Assembly (NCBI RefSeq): GCF_963921235.1
Contig: NC_086108.1
Location: forward strand, 54,810,001 to 54,874,000
Reading direction: 5' to 3'
Length of the DNA stretch: 64,000 nt
From: Mobula hypostoma
Taxonomy: Eukaryota
Positions 24,790 through 37,823 of the stretch are shown here, in pieces. Positions within the stretch are counted from its first letter, which is position 1, and every line of letters begins with the position of its first letter. Below the pieces are notes generated by a model that saw only the letters and a list, made by a program, of their open reading frames with translations, was not told the origin of the DNA and ran no database searches. The position numbers and the translations under genes are program-made.

Positions 24790-27700
24790 CAATTGCAAGG
24801 AAAGGTTTCTGAACCCTCTGCAATTACTTGTTTTTTTTTGTATTAATTGCTCATAAAATGTGGTCTGATCTTCATCTAAGTCACAATAATAGACAAACAC
24901 AATCTGCCTAAACTAATAACACACAAACAATCATATTTATTTTCGTCAATGCTGAGTACACCGTTTAAACAATTCCAGTCTAATTCAAAAATGCATGTGA
25001 ACCTCTGGGGTAATGCCTTCTACAAAAGCTATTTGGAGTCAGGTGTTCCCATCAATGAAATGATCTGAAAGTGATAAGAGAGCTTAAGGTTAAGGTTAAG
25101 GTTCCCTAGGGGGAACAGTGATCACAATATGATTGAGTTCGCTTTGAAACTTGAGAAGGAGAAGCTAATTTCCAGTGTGTCGGTATTAAAGTGGAATGAA
25201 GGAAATACAATGGCATGAGAGGGAAACTGGACAAAGTTGACTGGAAAGGGACACTAGCAGGAAGGACAGCAGAGCAGCAATGGCTGGAGTTTCTGTGAAA
25301 AATGAGGGAAATGCAAGCAGATATATTCCAATTAAGAAGAAATGTCAAATAGAAGAAGGACACTTCCGTGGCTGACAAGTGAAGTCAGAGCCAAAGTAAA
25401 AGCAAAAAAGAGAGCCTACAAGGACACCAATGCTAGTGGGAAGATAGAGGATTGGGAAGCTTTTAAAAATTTGCGGAAGGAAACTAAAAAGGTCATTAGG
25501 AGGGAAAAGATGAATTATGAAAGGAAGCTGGCGACTGATATCAAAGAAGATACTAAAAGCTTTTTAAGCATATAAAGGGTAAAAGAGAGTTGAGTGTAGA
25601 TATAGGACCAATAAAAAAAGATGCTGGAGATATTGTAATGTGAGATGCAGAGGTGGCAGAAGAACTGAATGTGTATTTTGCATCAGACTTCACAATGGAA
25701 GACATCTGCAGTATACTGGACATTCAAGACTGTCAGGGAAGTGAAGTATGTGCAGTGAAAATTACAACTGAGAAGGTGCTGAGGAAGCTTAATAGTCTGA
25801 GGATGGATAAATCTCCTGGACCTGATGGAATGCACCCTCGGTTCTGAAGGAAGTAGATGGAGAGATTGCAGAGGCATGAACATTGATCTCTCAAGAATCA
25901 GTAGATTCTGGCATTGTACCAAATGACTGGAAAATTGAAAATATTACTCCGCTATTTAAGAAGGTTGGGAGGCAGCAGAAAGGAAACTATAGACCTGTTA
26001 GCCTGACATCAGTGGTTGGGAAGTTGTATGGAATCGATTGTTAGGGAAGAGATTAGGGAGTACCTGGAGGCACATGACAAGATAGGCCAAAGCCAGCTTG
26101 GTTTCCTGAAAGGGAAATCCTGTCTGACTAACTTACTGTAATTTTTTGAGGAAATGACAAGGAGGGTAGACAAAGGAGATGCAGTAGATGTGGTGTACTT
26201 GGATTATCAGAAGACCTTTGACAAGGTGCCGCACATAAGGCTGCTCAGCAAGATAAGAGCTCATGGAATTACAGGGGAGTTACTAGCATGGGTGGAGCAT
26301 TGGCTGGTCGGCTGAAAACAGAGAGTGGGAATAAAGTGATCCTATTTTGGCTGGCTGCCAGTACCAGTGGAGTTCCACAGGGGTCGGTGTTAGGACTGCT
26401 GCTTTTTACGATGTATGTCAATGATTTGGACTATGGGATTAATGGATTTGTGGCTAAATTTGCCGATGATACAAAGATAGGTGGAGGAGTGGGTAGTGTT
26501 GAGGAAACAGAGAGCCTGCAGAAAGACTTAAATAGTTTAGGGGAATAGGCAAAGAAGTGGCAAATGAAATGCAGTGTTAGGAAGTGTATGGTCATGCACT
26601 TTGGTAGAAGAAATAAATGGGCAGACTATTACTTAGATGGGGAGAGATTTCAAAATTTAGATTTGCAAAGGGACTTGGGTGTTAACCTCCATGTTGAGTC
26701 GCTGGTGCAGAAGGTGAATGCAATGTTGACATTCATTTCCAGAGGTATAGAATATAAGAGCAGGGATGTGATATTGAGGCTCTATAAGGCACTCATGAGA
26801 CTACAGTTAGAACTATTATGTGCAGTATTGGGCTCCTTATTTTAGAAAGGATATACTGACATTGGAGAGGGTTCAGAGAAGATTCATGAGAATGATTCCA
26901 GGAATGAAAGGGTTATCGTATGAGGAACGTCTGGCAGCTCATGGGTTGTATTCCCTGGAGTTCAGGAAAATGAGGGGTATCTCATAGAAACATTCCAAAT
27001 GTTAAAAGGCCTGAACAAATTAGATATGGCAAAGTTATTTCCCATGGTAGGGGAGTCTAGGACAAGAGGGCACAACTTCAGGATTGAAGGATGTCCATTT
27101 AGAACAGAGATGCAGAGAAATTACTTTAGTCAGAGGGTGATAAATCTGTGGAGATTGTTACCAGGAGTGGTTGTGGAGGCCAAGACAGAGATAGATAGGT
27201 TATTGATTAGCCAGGGCATTAAAGGGTATGGGGAGAAGGCAGGGGAGCAGGGATGACTGGAAGAATTGGATCAGCTCATGATTGAATGGCGGAGCAGACT
27301 CGATGGATCAAATGGCCTATTTCTGCTCTTATACCTTATGGTCTTAAATGAGATTGGCGGTGTGGGTTGTAGAAGTGCCCTGCCCTATTAAAAATGACAC
27401 AAAGTCAGTTTACTGACAGAGCTTGCTCTTCACAAGAAAGATCTGTTTATGTGTACCATGCCTTGATCAAAACAACTTTCAGAGGATCTTAGAAGAAGAA
27501 TTTTAGAGATGTATGAAGCTGAAAAAGGCTGCAAAAGCATTCCTAAAGACCTGAGTGTTCATCAGTCCACAGTAAGAGAAATTGTCTACAAATGGAGGAA
27601 ATTCAGTACTGTTGCAACTCTCCCTAGTAGTGGGCATCCTGCAAAGATCCCACCAACTGCACAACATGCAATGCTGAAGGAAGCACAAAAGAACCCAAGG

Positions 27701-28255
27701 GTAACAGCGAAAGACCTGCTGCAGAAGTCTCTAGAACTTACTAAAGTCTCCGTTTATGTGCCCACCATAAGAAAAACACTGAACAAGAATGGTGTTCATG
27801 GGCAACGCCACTGAGGAAACCACTGCTCCCTTTTAAAAAAAACATTGCTGCACATTTCAGGTTTGCAAAAGGCCACGTGGATGTTTCACAACACTTCTGG
27901 GACAATGTTCTGTGGATGTATAAGACAAAAGTTGAATGTTTTGCTAGAAATGCACAGCACTGTGTTTGGAGTCAAGAGGGCACTGCACACCAGCACCCAA
28001 ACCTCATCCCAACTGTGTACAGTGGAAGGGCATCTTAGTTTGGGGCTGCTTTTGCTGCCTCAAGAGCCTGGACAGTTTGCATTGAATGATTAAACAATGT
28101 GTTCAATAAAGACATGAAACGTACAATTGTCAGTTCAGCCAGATTTAGTTTGTCTATTAATGTGACTTAGATGAAGATCAGACCACATTTTTTGAGCAAA
28201 TAATGCAGAAAAACAGGTAATTGCAAAGCGTTCACAAACATTTTTCTTGCAACTA
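24790..28255 (+). mobile_element. Internally deleted Tc1-family DNA transposon
   Basis: TA at 24788-89 and 28256-57. Imperfect TIRs of about 115 bp. Transposase N-terminus from 27458 (MP*SKQLSEDLRRRILEMYEAEKGCKSI...STVREIVYKWRKF...SGHPAKI); the C-terminal part is missing. Confidence 0.88.
25064..27345 (+). mobile_element. 5'-truncated CR1 inserted into the Tc1 element
   Basis: 6-bp TSD aaatga (25058-25063 and 27346-27351). RT motifs GVPQGSVLG and FADDTK. Tail ttatggtctt. Confidence 0.9.
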
Positions 28256-29059
28256 TACGTGCTTCCTGCAACTTAGGGATGACTACCTACCTGTAGCTCC
28301 TGTCACCACCTCATTCTGTATGAACCAGAAGTTGTCATGCTGCAGTCTCTAAGGAGCTACAGCACGGTGCACTTCATGCAGATGTAGTTAGCAGGAATCC
28401 AAAGTTCTTTCATCTCACTCATGGAACTCTGGACCAATTCTCAGCAGACTAGCTATGGACTAATAGACAAAGTGGAACAAAAAATAAACTTAGAACTTCC
28501 AACTGTGCTTCCTCAAGCCTGTTCTTGGTTGAGCCTGTTGAGCCAAAGTTGGACCACTCTAACACTGCCCCATTCCAAAAATGCCCACTCCACTAACACT
28601 GGCTCAGTGAAGACTCACTACTGACAAGACTGAGTTTTTAAATGGTTCCTGCCCTCCAAGATTTTGCTGTCACTCATAAAACTATAACTCATCCCTGACG
28701 AGACTTGGGGTTTTCTTAAATACTACCAAGGAATATTTTAAAAATAATTTGAAAAATTGTATTTAAATCCATTTTGATTCTGTTCATGGGAAGTTTACGT
28801 TGGGCTATACACAAATAAATTTGAATCGTATCAAGAGAAAAAATGCTTTACAAAATGAATACAATACTAGGCCTTATTTTTGCTTGACTCAATAGCTGTT
28901 GTGTAGCAGTATAACTTTGGGGTTGATATCTTTGATCTATCAGTTGCTCTGTTGGAGAGTGCAGAAGAAAATCTTGCTGCATGTGGGGTTTCAGCATACC
29001 ATGTTTTCTTTTGGAGTTAAAAAGCTTATGAATGGAAAATGCTTGAAATATTCATCAGG

Positions 29060-29555
29060 TTGCACAGGTTAGTTCACACTGGAACATTGTGTGCAGTTCT
29101 GGTCACCACAGCAAAGGAAGGATATGATTGTGTTGAGCAAGTGCAGTGGAAATCCACCAAGATGTTGTCTGAAATGGAGGACTTTAGTTTGAAGATGTAG
29201 AGCGAAGGAGGCTGAACGGTGATCAGATAGAAGTTTATAAGATTATGAGAGGCATAGGGTAGCTAATTAAAATATTTTTCTAATGAGTGTATTATCAAAT
29301 CGGGAGGCATAGGTTTACTGTAACAAGAGAGAGCTTTAAAGGAAATTTGAAGGGTAAGTTTTTTGCATAGTAGTTAATAGCTCGAATGCCAGTGGAGGTG
29401 GTGGATTCAGGTAGAATTACCATGTTTAAGAGACATTTAAACAGATACTTAAGTAGGAGAGGCATAGAAAGATACAGCCGTAATGTGATTAGTGTAATGA
29501 GCAAAAAGATTGGCATGGACGAGGTGGGCCAAAGGGCCCATTTCTATGCTGAACA
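29060..29555 (+). mobile_element. Degenerate CR1 3' fragment
   Basis: LEHCVQFWSP-like codons near 29080 and FKRHLNRYL in ORF 29386-29568. Confidence 0.65.
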
Positions 29556-31108
29556 ACTCTGGCTTTGATTAACGTTTCAAGCTAGTCGCATTTCATGAGA
29601 ACCCTTGCATTAAGATAAGATACTTTACTGAGCTCTGGTCGTATGTCATTGTATTTTCATTGAAATGACAGCCAACATTTGTACAAATTAGGCCGTTAAT
29701 TACCAAATACGATTTAGTGGGAGTTGGAGTTAGGATCTAGGAAAATGCCCTGCTTTTCAAATAGCATAATTTGACTCTAAGTATAACAGATAGGCATTTT
29801 AACCTTTGGTTTTCATGCCTCACCTGAAAGATGTACTCAACCAATTTTTGAATATGTAGGCGAGAGAAACCAGTTTTGGATCCGTGATGGAAAATCTGAA
29901 TATTAGTGGCAAAGGCCTGGAAATTGTCCATTTTTTTTGGGGGTTGCACTTGGGTATAAATAACAAAACAAGAAAACTAATCAAATACAGGTCTTTATTT
30001 CAGATGGTTTTGAAGTTTAAAAAATGTATGTAGATCAGCTATACAGCACCTTGGTCACACTTCATCTGATACATTATTCCTTTCTGGACACTGTGTCAAA
30101 GGGGGCATATATTTAACTTGAGAGGAAGGAGTGAGGAGTAAAGTGTCAGGGCTAAAGATCTAGGTCTAGATATTTGATCTAAACATAGTACATACAAGCT
30201 ATTCCCTCTTGTGGTCCGACCTTAAAATAAGAACTATCTTATTTGGGTGTGAAGCCAGTGGTTCATAGAATTTTCACCTCTGGCAGAATTTGATTGCTGC
30301 ATTGGTCAAAATTTTTAAGTGTTACTGAAAAAGAACATGAAGGTATGCAGTTAGAGGGGCAGTGAAAATGTGATTGGCTAAAGACTCCCTTCATAACCAA
30401 AGATGTTTGAGGAGCTGTCCAAACTGCCACTTATGTTCCAAGCTCCTCCACCAAAGCATACTAAAATATTCACTAGGAGAATTCTCAAGTTGTAAAGTGG
30501 GCTTGGTTCTGCAATTTCTCGCTTGAGCCTGAATGTTTTCACTGGACCAAACTCAAAGTTTGGTGATAAGTTGATGTGAGAGGATTGAGGTGGGAAAGGG
30601 TTTGTCACCATTTTTGATCTTGATGTTACTATTCTAGAGAAGGAAAAGCTCAGATTGATGGAAGCATGCAATTTGTTGAAAACAAATATTAATCAGTACC
30701 ATACAGGATGCCCAAGGCTTGAGAGGTCTGGAGGAATTAGACTAAAGAAATGTAGAAGAAATACAGTTATCAAATTAGAGATCTGTAATGACAAATGAGC
30801 AGTGACTGTACAAGCAACATGATGGATTTCACACTGAGGATTCATGGAGTTCCTGTAACAATCTGTGGTGGAGGAATGGGTATGCTGTTCTCTTCATTGA
30901 AAAGAAGAGCACATCATGTGTATCCAAAAAATTATTCTGTTTCTTTTATTAAAAGCACGCTTTTATAATTCAAACTGGAACACTGTTTCTACAGTTAATG
31001 CAGGAGCACATTGTATGTTAAGTAAATCCGCAATACTTTGAAAAATGTTAAATAGTACGCCTCACATTATGGGATGTTTGCATTCCTAAAAAATTATCCA
31101 TAGCACTA

Positions 31109-31967
31109 GAAGCCATCACTCTGAAATTATCTGAAGCTAGGGGACATGTGTCTGTATTATACAGTTTGTTTGCAAGTAAATGCAAAGAGTCGTCAAACAA
31201 CATACTACAAGCATGGAGACCTGATTTGCATGAGAACCTGTTAGAAAGACAGTGGTCAGGAGCTTGTTCCTTAGTTCAAACTCAATCAGTGAACACTCAT
31301 TCTAAATTACTACAATACAAAATGGATAACCAGACAGTACATTACTCCAGTCAGGTTGCATCACTTTAACCCCAACATTCCAGATGCACGCAATAAATGT
31401 AATCACCAAAAGGGGTCTCTGTTCCATTGTATGTGGGAGTGCCCCCAGATAATCTGCTTCTGGAAGAAGGTGCTGGATTTGATTAGTCAGATTATTGGAA
31501 AAAAGGTGTCCCTTGATCCTAAATTATGTATTCTGAATATTTATCCAAAGGACTTTGTAACCTCCAAAAATGTAAGGTCTCTGCTTAATATTTGTATTTT
31601 GGAAGCCAAACGCTGAATAGCCTATTCATGGAAGAAACCAACAACCCGTGGGCTCTCACAATGGCTGAAAGGAATGACTTCTTATCTTGCTCTAGAAAAG
31701 ATAAGCTACATCACAGAAGCAAACTTGGCAAATTTTGGGAAATTTGGGACATTTTCTATAAGTTTCTGGAGAACAATATTCAGGATGATGAAAGTAACGA
31801 ACTGAATTGACTGCTTTTTTTAATGGCAGGGTGTTTGCTTTTTTGTGTGTTTTTTTTCCTTTTGATTTGTTATGTACTTTATTTTTTCTTTAAATTTGTT
31901 GTACTTTCAAACCTATGGATGATCTAATGTATTTTTATTCTGTAAAAGCAATAAAGAGATGTTTTAA
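31109..31967 (+). mobile_element. 5'-truncated L1/Tx1-clade LINE (ORF2 C-terminus and 3' UTR)
   Basis: C-terminal Cys/His motif KCNHQKGSLFHCMWECP..FW (ORF 31356-31616). AATAAA at 31950 and an A-tail. TSD aaaaaattatccata at 31088-31102 and 31968-31982. Confidence 0.85.
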
Positions 31968-32417
31968 AAAAAATTATCCATATCACAATATTCTTATGTG
32001 AAATTGTCTCACTTGCATGAGTCAATTGAACTGAGATGGAACAAAAAATAGTTTTTCAATTCTTATTTTCCCCCTATTTTGTAACAGCAAATTTTATTCC
32101 ATTTCTTAAATCTTTGGGTAATTACTTGTGAAATCGTAAGGGCAAACCTCCAACACCTGAACAGCCATACTCCTTATTTATACTCTATTCTTGGTTGGTG
32201 CAACTGTAACGAAACCCAATTTCCCTCGGGATCAATAAGGTATATCTGTCTGTCTATCTATATATCTATCATAATGTAGCCATTGTCTGTGTAGTGCACA
32301 TGCTGAATCTTGATGATGTTTATTTTCATACATCTTCCAGAATTTGGGTATCATTTGCAAGGCCAGCACTTATTTTCCACCCGTAATTGTACTGGAACTT
32401 GGTGATTTATTGATATA

Positions 32418-32859
32418 CGAGGGGTGATTGATAAGGTCGTGGCCTAAGATAGAAGGAGTCAATTTTAGATTACCTAGCACATTTATTTTTCAACATAGTC
32501 CTCTCCTACATGTATACACTTAGTCCAGCGGTTGCGGAGCATATGGATCCCTTCTTTGTAGAAGTGGCCCACAGCAGGGGTGATTGATAAGTTCGTGGCC
32601 TAAGGTAAAAGGAGATGAGTTATACAGCTCTCGTTGCATGCATGTGCAGTTCAATTCTTTGAGTGAAAATGCAGAAAGTTTGAAGTTTCTCCTCATCTCC
32701 TTCTACTTTAGGCCAGAAGACACCGACTTCTACAAAGAAGGGATCTGTATGCTCCATGACCGCTGGACTAAGTGTGTAAATTTAGGAAAAATAAATGTGC
32801 TAGGTTTTCTAAAATTGACTCCTTCTACCTTAGGCCACAAACTTATCAATCACCCCTCG
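32418..32859. mobile_element. Mariner-derived MITE (second copy)
   Basis: TA flanks at 32416-17 and 32860-61. TIR cgaggggtgattgataag. Extra internal TIR copy at 32577. FYKEGICMLHDRWTKCV remnant. Confidence 0.88.
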
Positions 32860-33217
32860 TATTTAAAAGGTTCATTTTATTATCAATGTATGCAGAATAC
32901 AACTCTGAAATTTGTCTTCTCCAGATAGCCATAGAATACAAAAACCATACAAGTAGTTGAAAGAAAGGTGTCAATCCCCCCCTTTACAAAAAGATAGAAA
33001 CAAAAATTCACAAGCTGCTAACACGTTCAACCCCTCTCTCGCACAAAAACTAACAAATCACCCAACCCCAAGCCCCTAATACACAAAAAAGAATGGTGAG
33101 AACATGTAAAAAACATAGAATTGAAAGAAGCCAATATGAACTACAGTCCAATCTATAAATCTCAGAATTTCAATATATTTATTGATAGGTTTCAGAGAGC
33201 TTTTTAAGTGTCAATCA

Positions 33218-33291
33218 ACAGGAATTCTGCAGATGCTGGAAATTCAAGCAACACACATCAAAGTTGCTGGTGAACGCAACTTTGATGTGTG
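33218..33291 (-). mobile_element. 74-bp PLE 3'-end insertion with fold-back
   Basis: 14-bp TSD ttaagtgtcaatca (33204-33217 and 33292-33305). Perfect 18-bp inverted repeat at 33250-33267 / 33276-33293. Confidence 0.85.
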
Positions 33292-33813
33292 TTAAGTGTC
33301 AATCATATTGGTTTGTCACGAACTGCATTTAGGCCAGACCAGTAAGGATGGCAGGTTTGTGGTCATCATTGCTAATGACTTTTTTAAAATTCAAGATTGT
33401 TAATCAAATTTATCTGAAAGTACCAAGACTTGAGTGTCAGCCACTAGTAAGATTTAAAGTTAGTTTGTGTTCAAAAGTATGCATATTTCAACACAAATAC
33501 TTTAACATATTTAATTCTGCAGTTTTAAGATTGAGGGGGAAAAAGAGTTGGAGCAGGGTGTGATAAATTATTTCCTGTTCACTTGAAAGGTAGAGATTGA
33601 TGAGGAATTGTGAGAAATGCAATGCATTGTGGCATTCATTGTATGTGTAATGTGTAATAGAAGAGAAGTTCAAGTTGGGAGAAGATTCAGTAATCATTGT
33701 GAACAACTTTTAATGAAACTTGTCACGTGGAAACACTGAGATTGTCTAATATCCACATTATGTAAATAGTTTGTAAATGCTTGGATAACTTGCCCTCTCC
33801 ATTTTACTTGCAG

Positions 33814-33889
33814 CTCTAGTTGGTTTATCCTTCAGTGGTGCCATAGGCCTGACTTTCCTCATGTTGGGATGTGCCCTTGAACAATACGG
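33814..33889 (+). CDS. LEPROT: LEPROT coding exon 2
   Basis: ttgcag|...|gtaaga, 76 nt, encodes (A)[24 protein letters not shown](G). Confidence 0.95.
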
Positions 33890-35619
33890 GTAAGATTCTG
33901 ACTTTTTTCAGTTAAACTCTTACCAGGAAATAATGTTCCTTTTAATTCTGTGGATGTTGCTTGTTCCCTCTACAAGACTGTTTAATGAGTCAGAAGTTAC
34001 ATTCAGTGGTAATTAGCTACCTCTCTTCAGCATTTTGCTTTCATATTTGTGTAGAACAGCAGGCGGAACCATTAGGAGTCCTGATTACTGTTCAATAAGT
34101 CGTGCAGAAGTGTGATAATCTAGCTGAGATCATTCATGGACTTGAAACTATTCAGAGCACACACGTGAAGATTTTGTGCTTGATTGATGTGTTAAGAAAC
34201 AGTGATAATTAGTTAAATTGTACCATCATCTTCTGGAAAGGAGCAGCATTGGAGTTTAAAAAAAAGTGCAAAACTGAAAAATATATTTTACTGAATTTGT
34301 CCTTGTTTCAAAATAGAATGATGTGTGTTATCTCAAGAGCAATATGTTATATAGCCCAGAACATATCTGTAGAACCACAATTTGTTTATCTTGAACATGA
34401 ACTTTCTTGGTTAAGCCCATAGTCTAATTGTTGTAAGTAGACATGTTTTAAAGTCATTTAGTTAATGAGTGAAATTTGGAAATGGGTAGATGCTAGTAAT
34501 TCCTAGCTTCAGAAGTAGCCAATTGGGAATAAAAAACTACATTTTAATCTTGTTATACAAAAATACAGGTTTTATAACGTAATACATTTCCAGCCAACTT
34601 ATTATAGTAAGTTTTGGACCAAGGATAATGTTCTGCTGTGTAGTATTGTGTCATGAGTTTATTAGCATTGGTGGTGATTTTGTTATTTTGGAAATGCAGT
34701 CTGGATCCTGATGGTCTGACATGCCTTAAGACCAGCTAAAAGGGTGAACCTTTTATGGTAAGAGAATGGTAAAATGGTAAGAGAAATCTAGTGGTGGTCC
34801 TGGAATTGGAAAATACATGCAATTCTTTATATGTGAAATTTAGTGGATCCAGCAGAACTGGGAAAAGGGCAAAGTATTGGAAAGGACAGAATTTGATGGT
34901 GTGAACAGATTATTAGAAGGTGTTCCAGTTCAACGACAGGTTTTGCAGTTTTGTAGGTGCTTGGGAAAAGCTAGGCCTGGAGTAGGAGACAAGGTGCAGA
35001 TCTGATGTCAGTTGCCTCTTTTCTACCAATCAAATTCTTATACCCAATCTTATATCTATTCCACACTTAACTATGTCCCCTTATTTGTTACTTTCTATTG
35101 TGCCTCTAGTTCAAACAAATTGATGTTTTGCTCCAATGTTTTCAACAGTTCCATTTAATATCAGAGAATGTATACAATATGCAACCTGAAAATCTTGTTC
35201 TTTGCAGACATCCATGAAAACAGAGTATCCCAAAGAATAAGTGACAGTAAAAACATTAGAACCCCAAAGCCCCCCTACTCCTCTTCCCACGCACACAGCA
35301 TCGACCCTCTCCGTCCCCCAGTTACTTCAGCAAAAAGCATCGGCACCCTCCAGCCACCAAGCAAGCAATTGGAAAACCTCCAGGAAAGGTCATGATCTGC
35401 AGCACAGCAGAAACTAGTCGTTCACCCACCAATTCTTCCTTGTTTCTTGTTCCTACATAGTCTTCTTTGCCTTACCATTTATTCCAGTTTGATCATTTAA
35501 CTGCATTTCTTTTAAATGTAATTAAGAGAATATTTGCACAGTGCAAGCACAAAGACCTGTGCCATTAAAGAATCAGTATTTGAAAGGAATGAGGATCAAA
35601 GTATGCTGAAGTTGGCAGT

Positions 35620-36320
35620 AGAAAGGTCTACAGAAAGTGGTGGATGCAGCCCAGTGTATCACAAGCAAAGCCCTTCCCACTTTTGAGCACATTTACATGG
35701 ACTGTTATTGTAAGAAAGCAACATCCATCATCAGCAACCTCCACCATGCTACTACCATCGGACTGGAGGAACAGGAGCCTTGGATCACACATCAAGAATG
35801 GTTTAATGTTGTCAAGATTGTTTGATGTCATTTCCAGTACATAAATATACACGAGAATGAAATAATTGTTATTTTGGATCTGATGCAGCACAAAAGAAAC
35901 ACAGTAAGATAAAGAACGCAATTATAAAAAAGCACAATAAATCTAAGCTTATATACATTGATTGTGTGTCCATAAAGTGATACCAGCACAGGCGTGTCTG
36001 TACATAAAGTGACTGACTGGAAATAATAAAGTAGTGGTGGTTACCCTATAATTATCAGACTTCTGAACTGTTGAAGACTCATCACAACTCTGAACTAATT
36101 TCACAACCTACAGCCTCGCTTTCAATGACTCCACAAATCGTGTTTCAGTATTATTTTGTTTTGAACAATCTTCTTTTGCATGTTGGTTGTTTATCAGTTT
36201 TTATGTTTTAGTTTTTTTTAGTGTATAATCTTAGTGTTTCCCTATTTTCCTGTAAATACCTGTGAGAAAGTGAATCTCAAGGTAGTATATGGCAACATAC
36301 TGTATACGGACATTGATAAA
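35620..36320 (+). mobile_element. Rex1/Babar-like 3' fragment with an opposite-strand related insert at about 35815-36045
   Basis: LQKVVDAAQCIT...CKKATSII in ORF 35637-35825. The insert resembles 6855-7080. Confidence 0.55.
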
Positions 36321-36324
36321 TTTG

Positions 36325-36876
36325 CACTCAGTGGCCACTTTATGAGGTACGCCTGTACATCTGCTTGTTAACGTAACTATCTAATTAGCCAACTATATGG
36401 CAGCAACTGAATGCACATAAGCATGGAAACATGGTCAAGAAGTTCAGATGTTCAGACCTAATATCAGGACAGGGGAGAAGTGTGATCTAAGTGACTTTGA
36501 CAGTGGAATGATTGTTGGGGTGATTTGAGTATCTCAGAAACTGCTGATCTCCTAGGATTTTAATGGACAACAGTCTCTAAAGTTAACAGAGAATGGTGTG
36601 AGAAACAAAAAACATCCAGTGACTTATCAGTTCAGTGGGTGAACATCCCTTGTTAATAAGAGAGGTCAGAGGAGAATGGCCAAGCCGGTTCAAGCTGACA
36701 AGAAGGCGACAGTAACTCAAATAACCACGCGTTACAGTAGTGTGCAGAAGAGCACCTCTGAATGTAAAACTAGTTGAACCTTGAAGTGGATGGATTTTGC
36801 AGCAGAAGACCGCAAGCATAATTCAGTGGCCACTTTATTAGCTTAAGGAAGTACCTAATAAAATGGCCACTGAGTG
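36325..36876 (+). mobile_element. Tc1-like non-autonomous element
   Basis: TIRs cactcagtggccactttat.aggtac / gtacctaataaaatggccactgagtg. Internal TIR-like copy at 36821. Transposase N-terminal remnant CDLSDFDSGMIVG near 36480. Confidence 0.75.
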
Positions 36877-37222
36877 TTCTTTGACTTTGAGTAATAACCA
36901 ATTCAAGAATGCAATGTAATCACTCCTTGTTAATATATTTTGGTGTTCAAGCTTTCTCTCAGTTGCCCATTTGCTATGATTTGAAGATCTCAAACATCAA
37001 ATTTGTTTAAATTTCTTACTGCTTTTCAGCTCTATTATATTTTGGCTACTAATTTAAGTTCCCTCTTTTAAGAGGCTTAGAAGTATAAGTGAGAGCGTTT
37101 TATGAAACGTTAACCTGGTTTCAGTTAGAGGCATATGCAAGCCCTTTTGTCAGTAGAATTTATAAAGGTTTAAATCTTCCTACTTTAATTATTTTTCATT
37201 TTCATTTTTAACTCCACTGCAG

Positions 37223-37409
37223 CATTTACTGGCCCTTGTTTGTGCTGATATTTTACTTCCTGTCACCTATCCCGACCTTTATTGCACGAAGATTGGGTGA
37301 TGACACCGATGCAGCAAGCAGTGCCTGTCGTGAACTTGCATATTTTTTCACCACAGGGATTGTTGTTTCTGCCTTTGGGCTCCCAATAATACTTGCTCGA
37401 GTTTCAGTG
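37223..37409 (+). CDS. LEPROT: LEPROT coding exon 3
   Basis: ctgcag|...|gtaagt, 187 nt, encodes [62 protein letters not shown]. Confidence 0.96.
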
Positions 37410-37525
37410 GTAAGTCCTTCCTAAACCTGACTAAAAACTGTGTTGTCATTCTAGCTTATTATCTATTTGTAATTTTCTGCTTGTCAAAAATAGGATATTT
37501 GTGCTGTAGGGTGGAAATATGTCCA

Positions 37526-37823
37526 GCCACCACGGTAGCATAGGGGCTAGCGTGATGCTGTTACAGCTTGGGGCATCCCAGAGTTTATAGCTCAATTTCA
37601 GCATGCTTCTGTAAGGAGTCCCTGTACATCCTTCCCGTGGAATGCGTGGATTTTACCCAGGTGCCTTCGGTTTCCTCTCTCAGTCCAAAGGCGTACCGGG
37701 TACTTCAGTTGGTCATTGTAAATTGTCCCGGAATTAGGTTAAGGTTAATCGGGGTTGTCGGGTTGCTGGGACAGCATGGCTAGGAGGATCTACTGTGCAC
37801 AGTCTCTCTAAATAAAATAAAAT
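37526..37823 (+). mobile_element. V-SINE (HE1/DANA-like) tRNA-derived SINE
   Basis: tRNA-like head (cggtagcataggggctag), V-domain-like core cttcccgtggaatgcgtggattttacccaggtgccttcggtttcctc, and a (taaaa)n tail. Confidence 0.7.

Larger units (their letters stand above)
24345..28420 (-). mobile_element. CR1 ORF1 fragment split by a Tc1 insertion (pieces 24345-24789 and 28256-28420)
   Basis: ORF 24467-24691(-) reads AVVIGVSIVRGADNRFCG...VFCPP (esterase-like). The sequence resumes after the Tc1 right TIR. Confidence 0.7.

Noticed and set aside
30378..30671. 97-aa minus-strand ORF in LEPROT intron 1
   Set aside because: No motif, splice signals or family resemblance that I can support.
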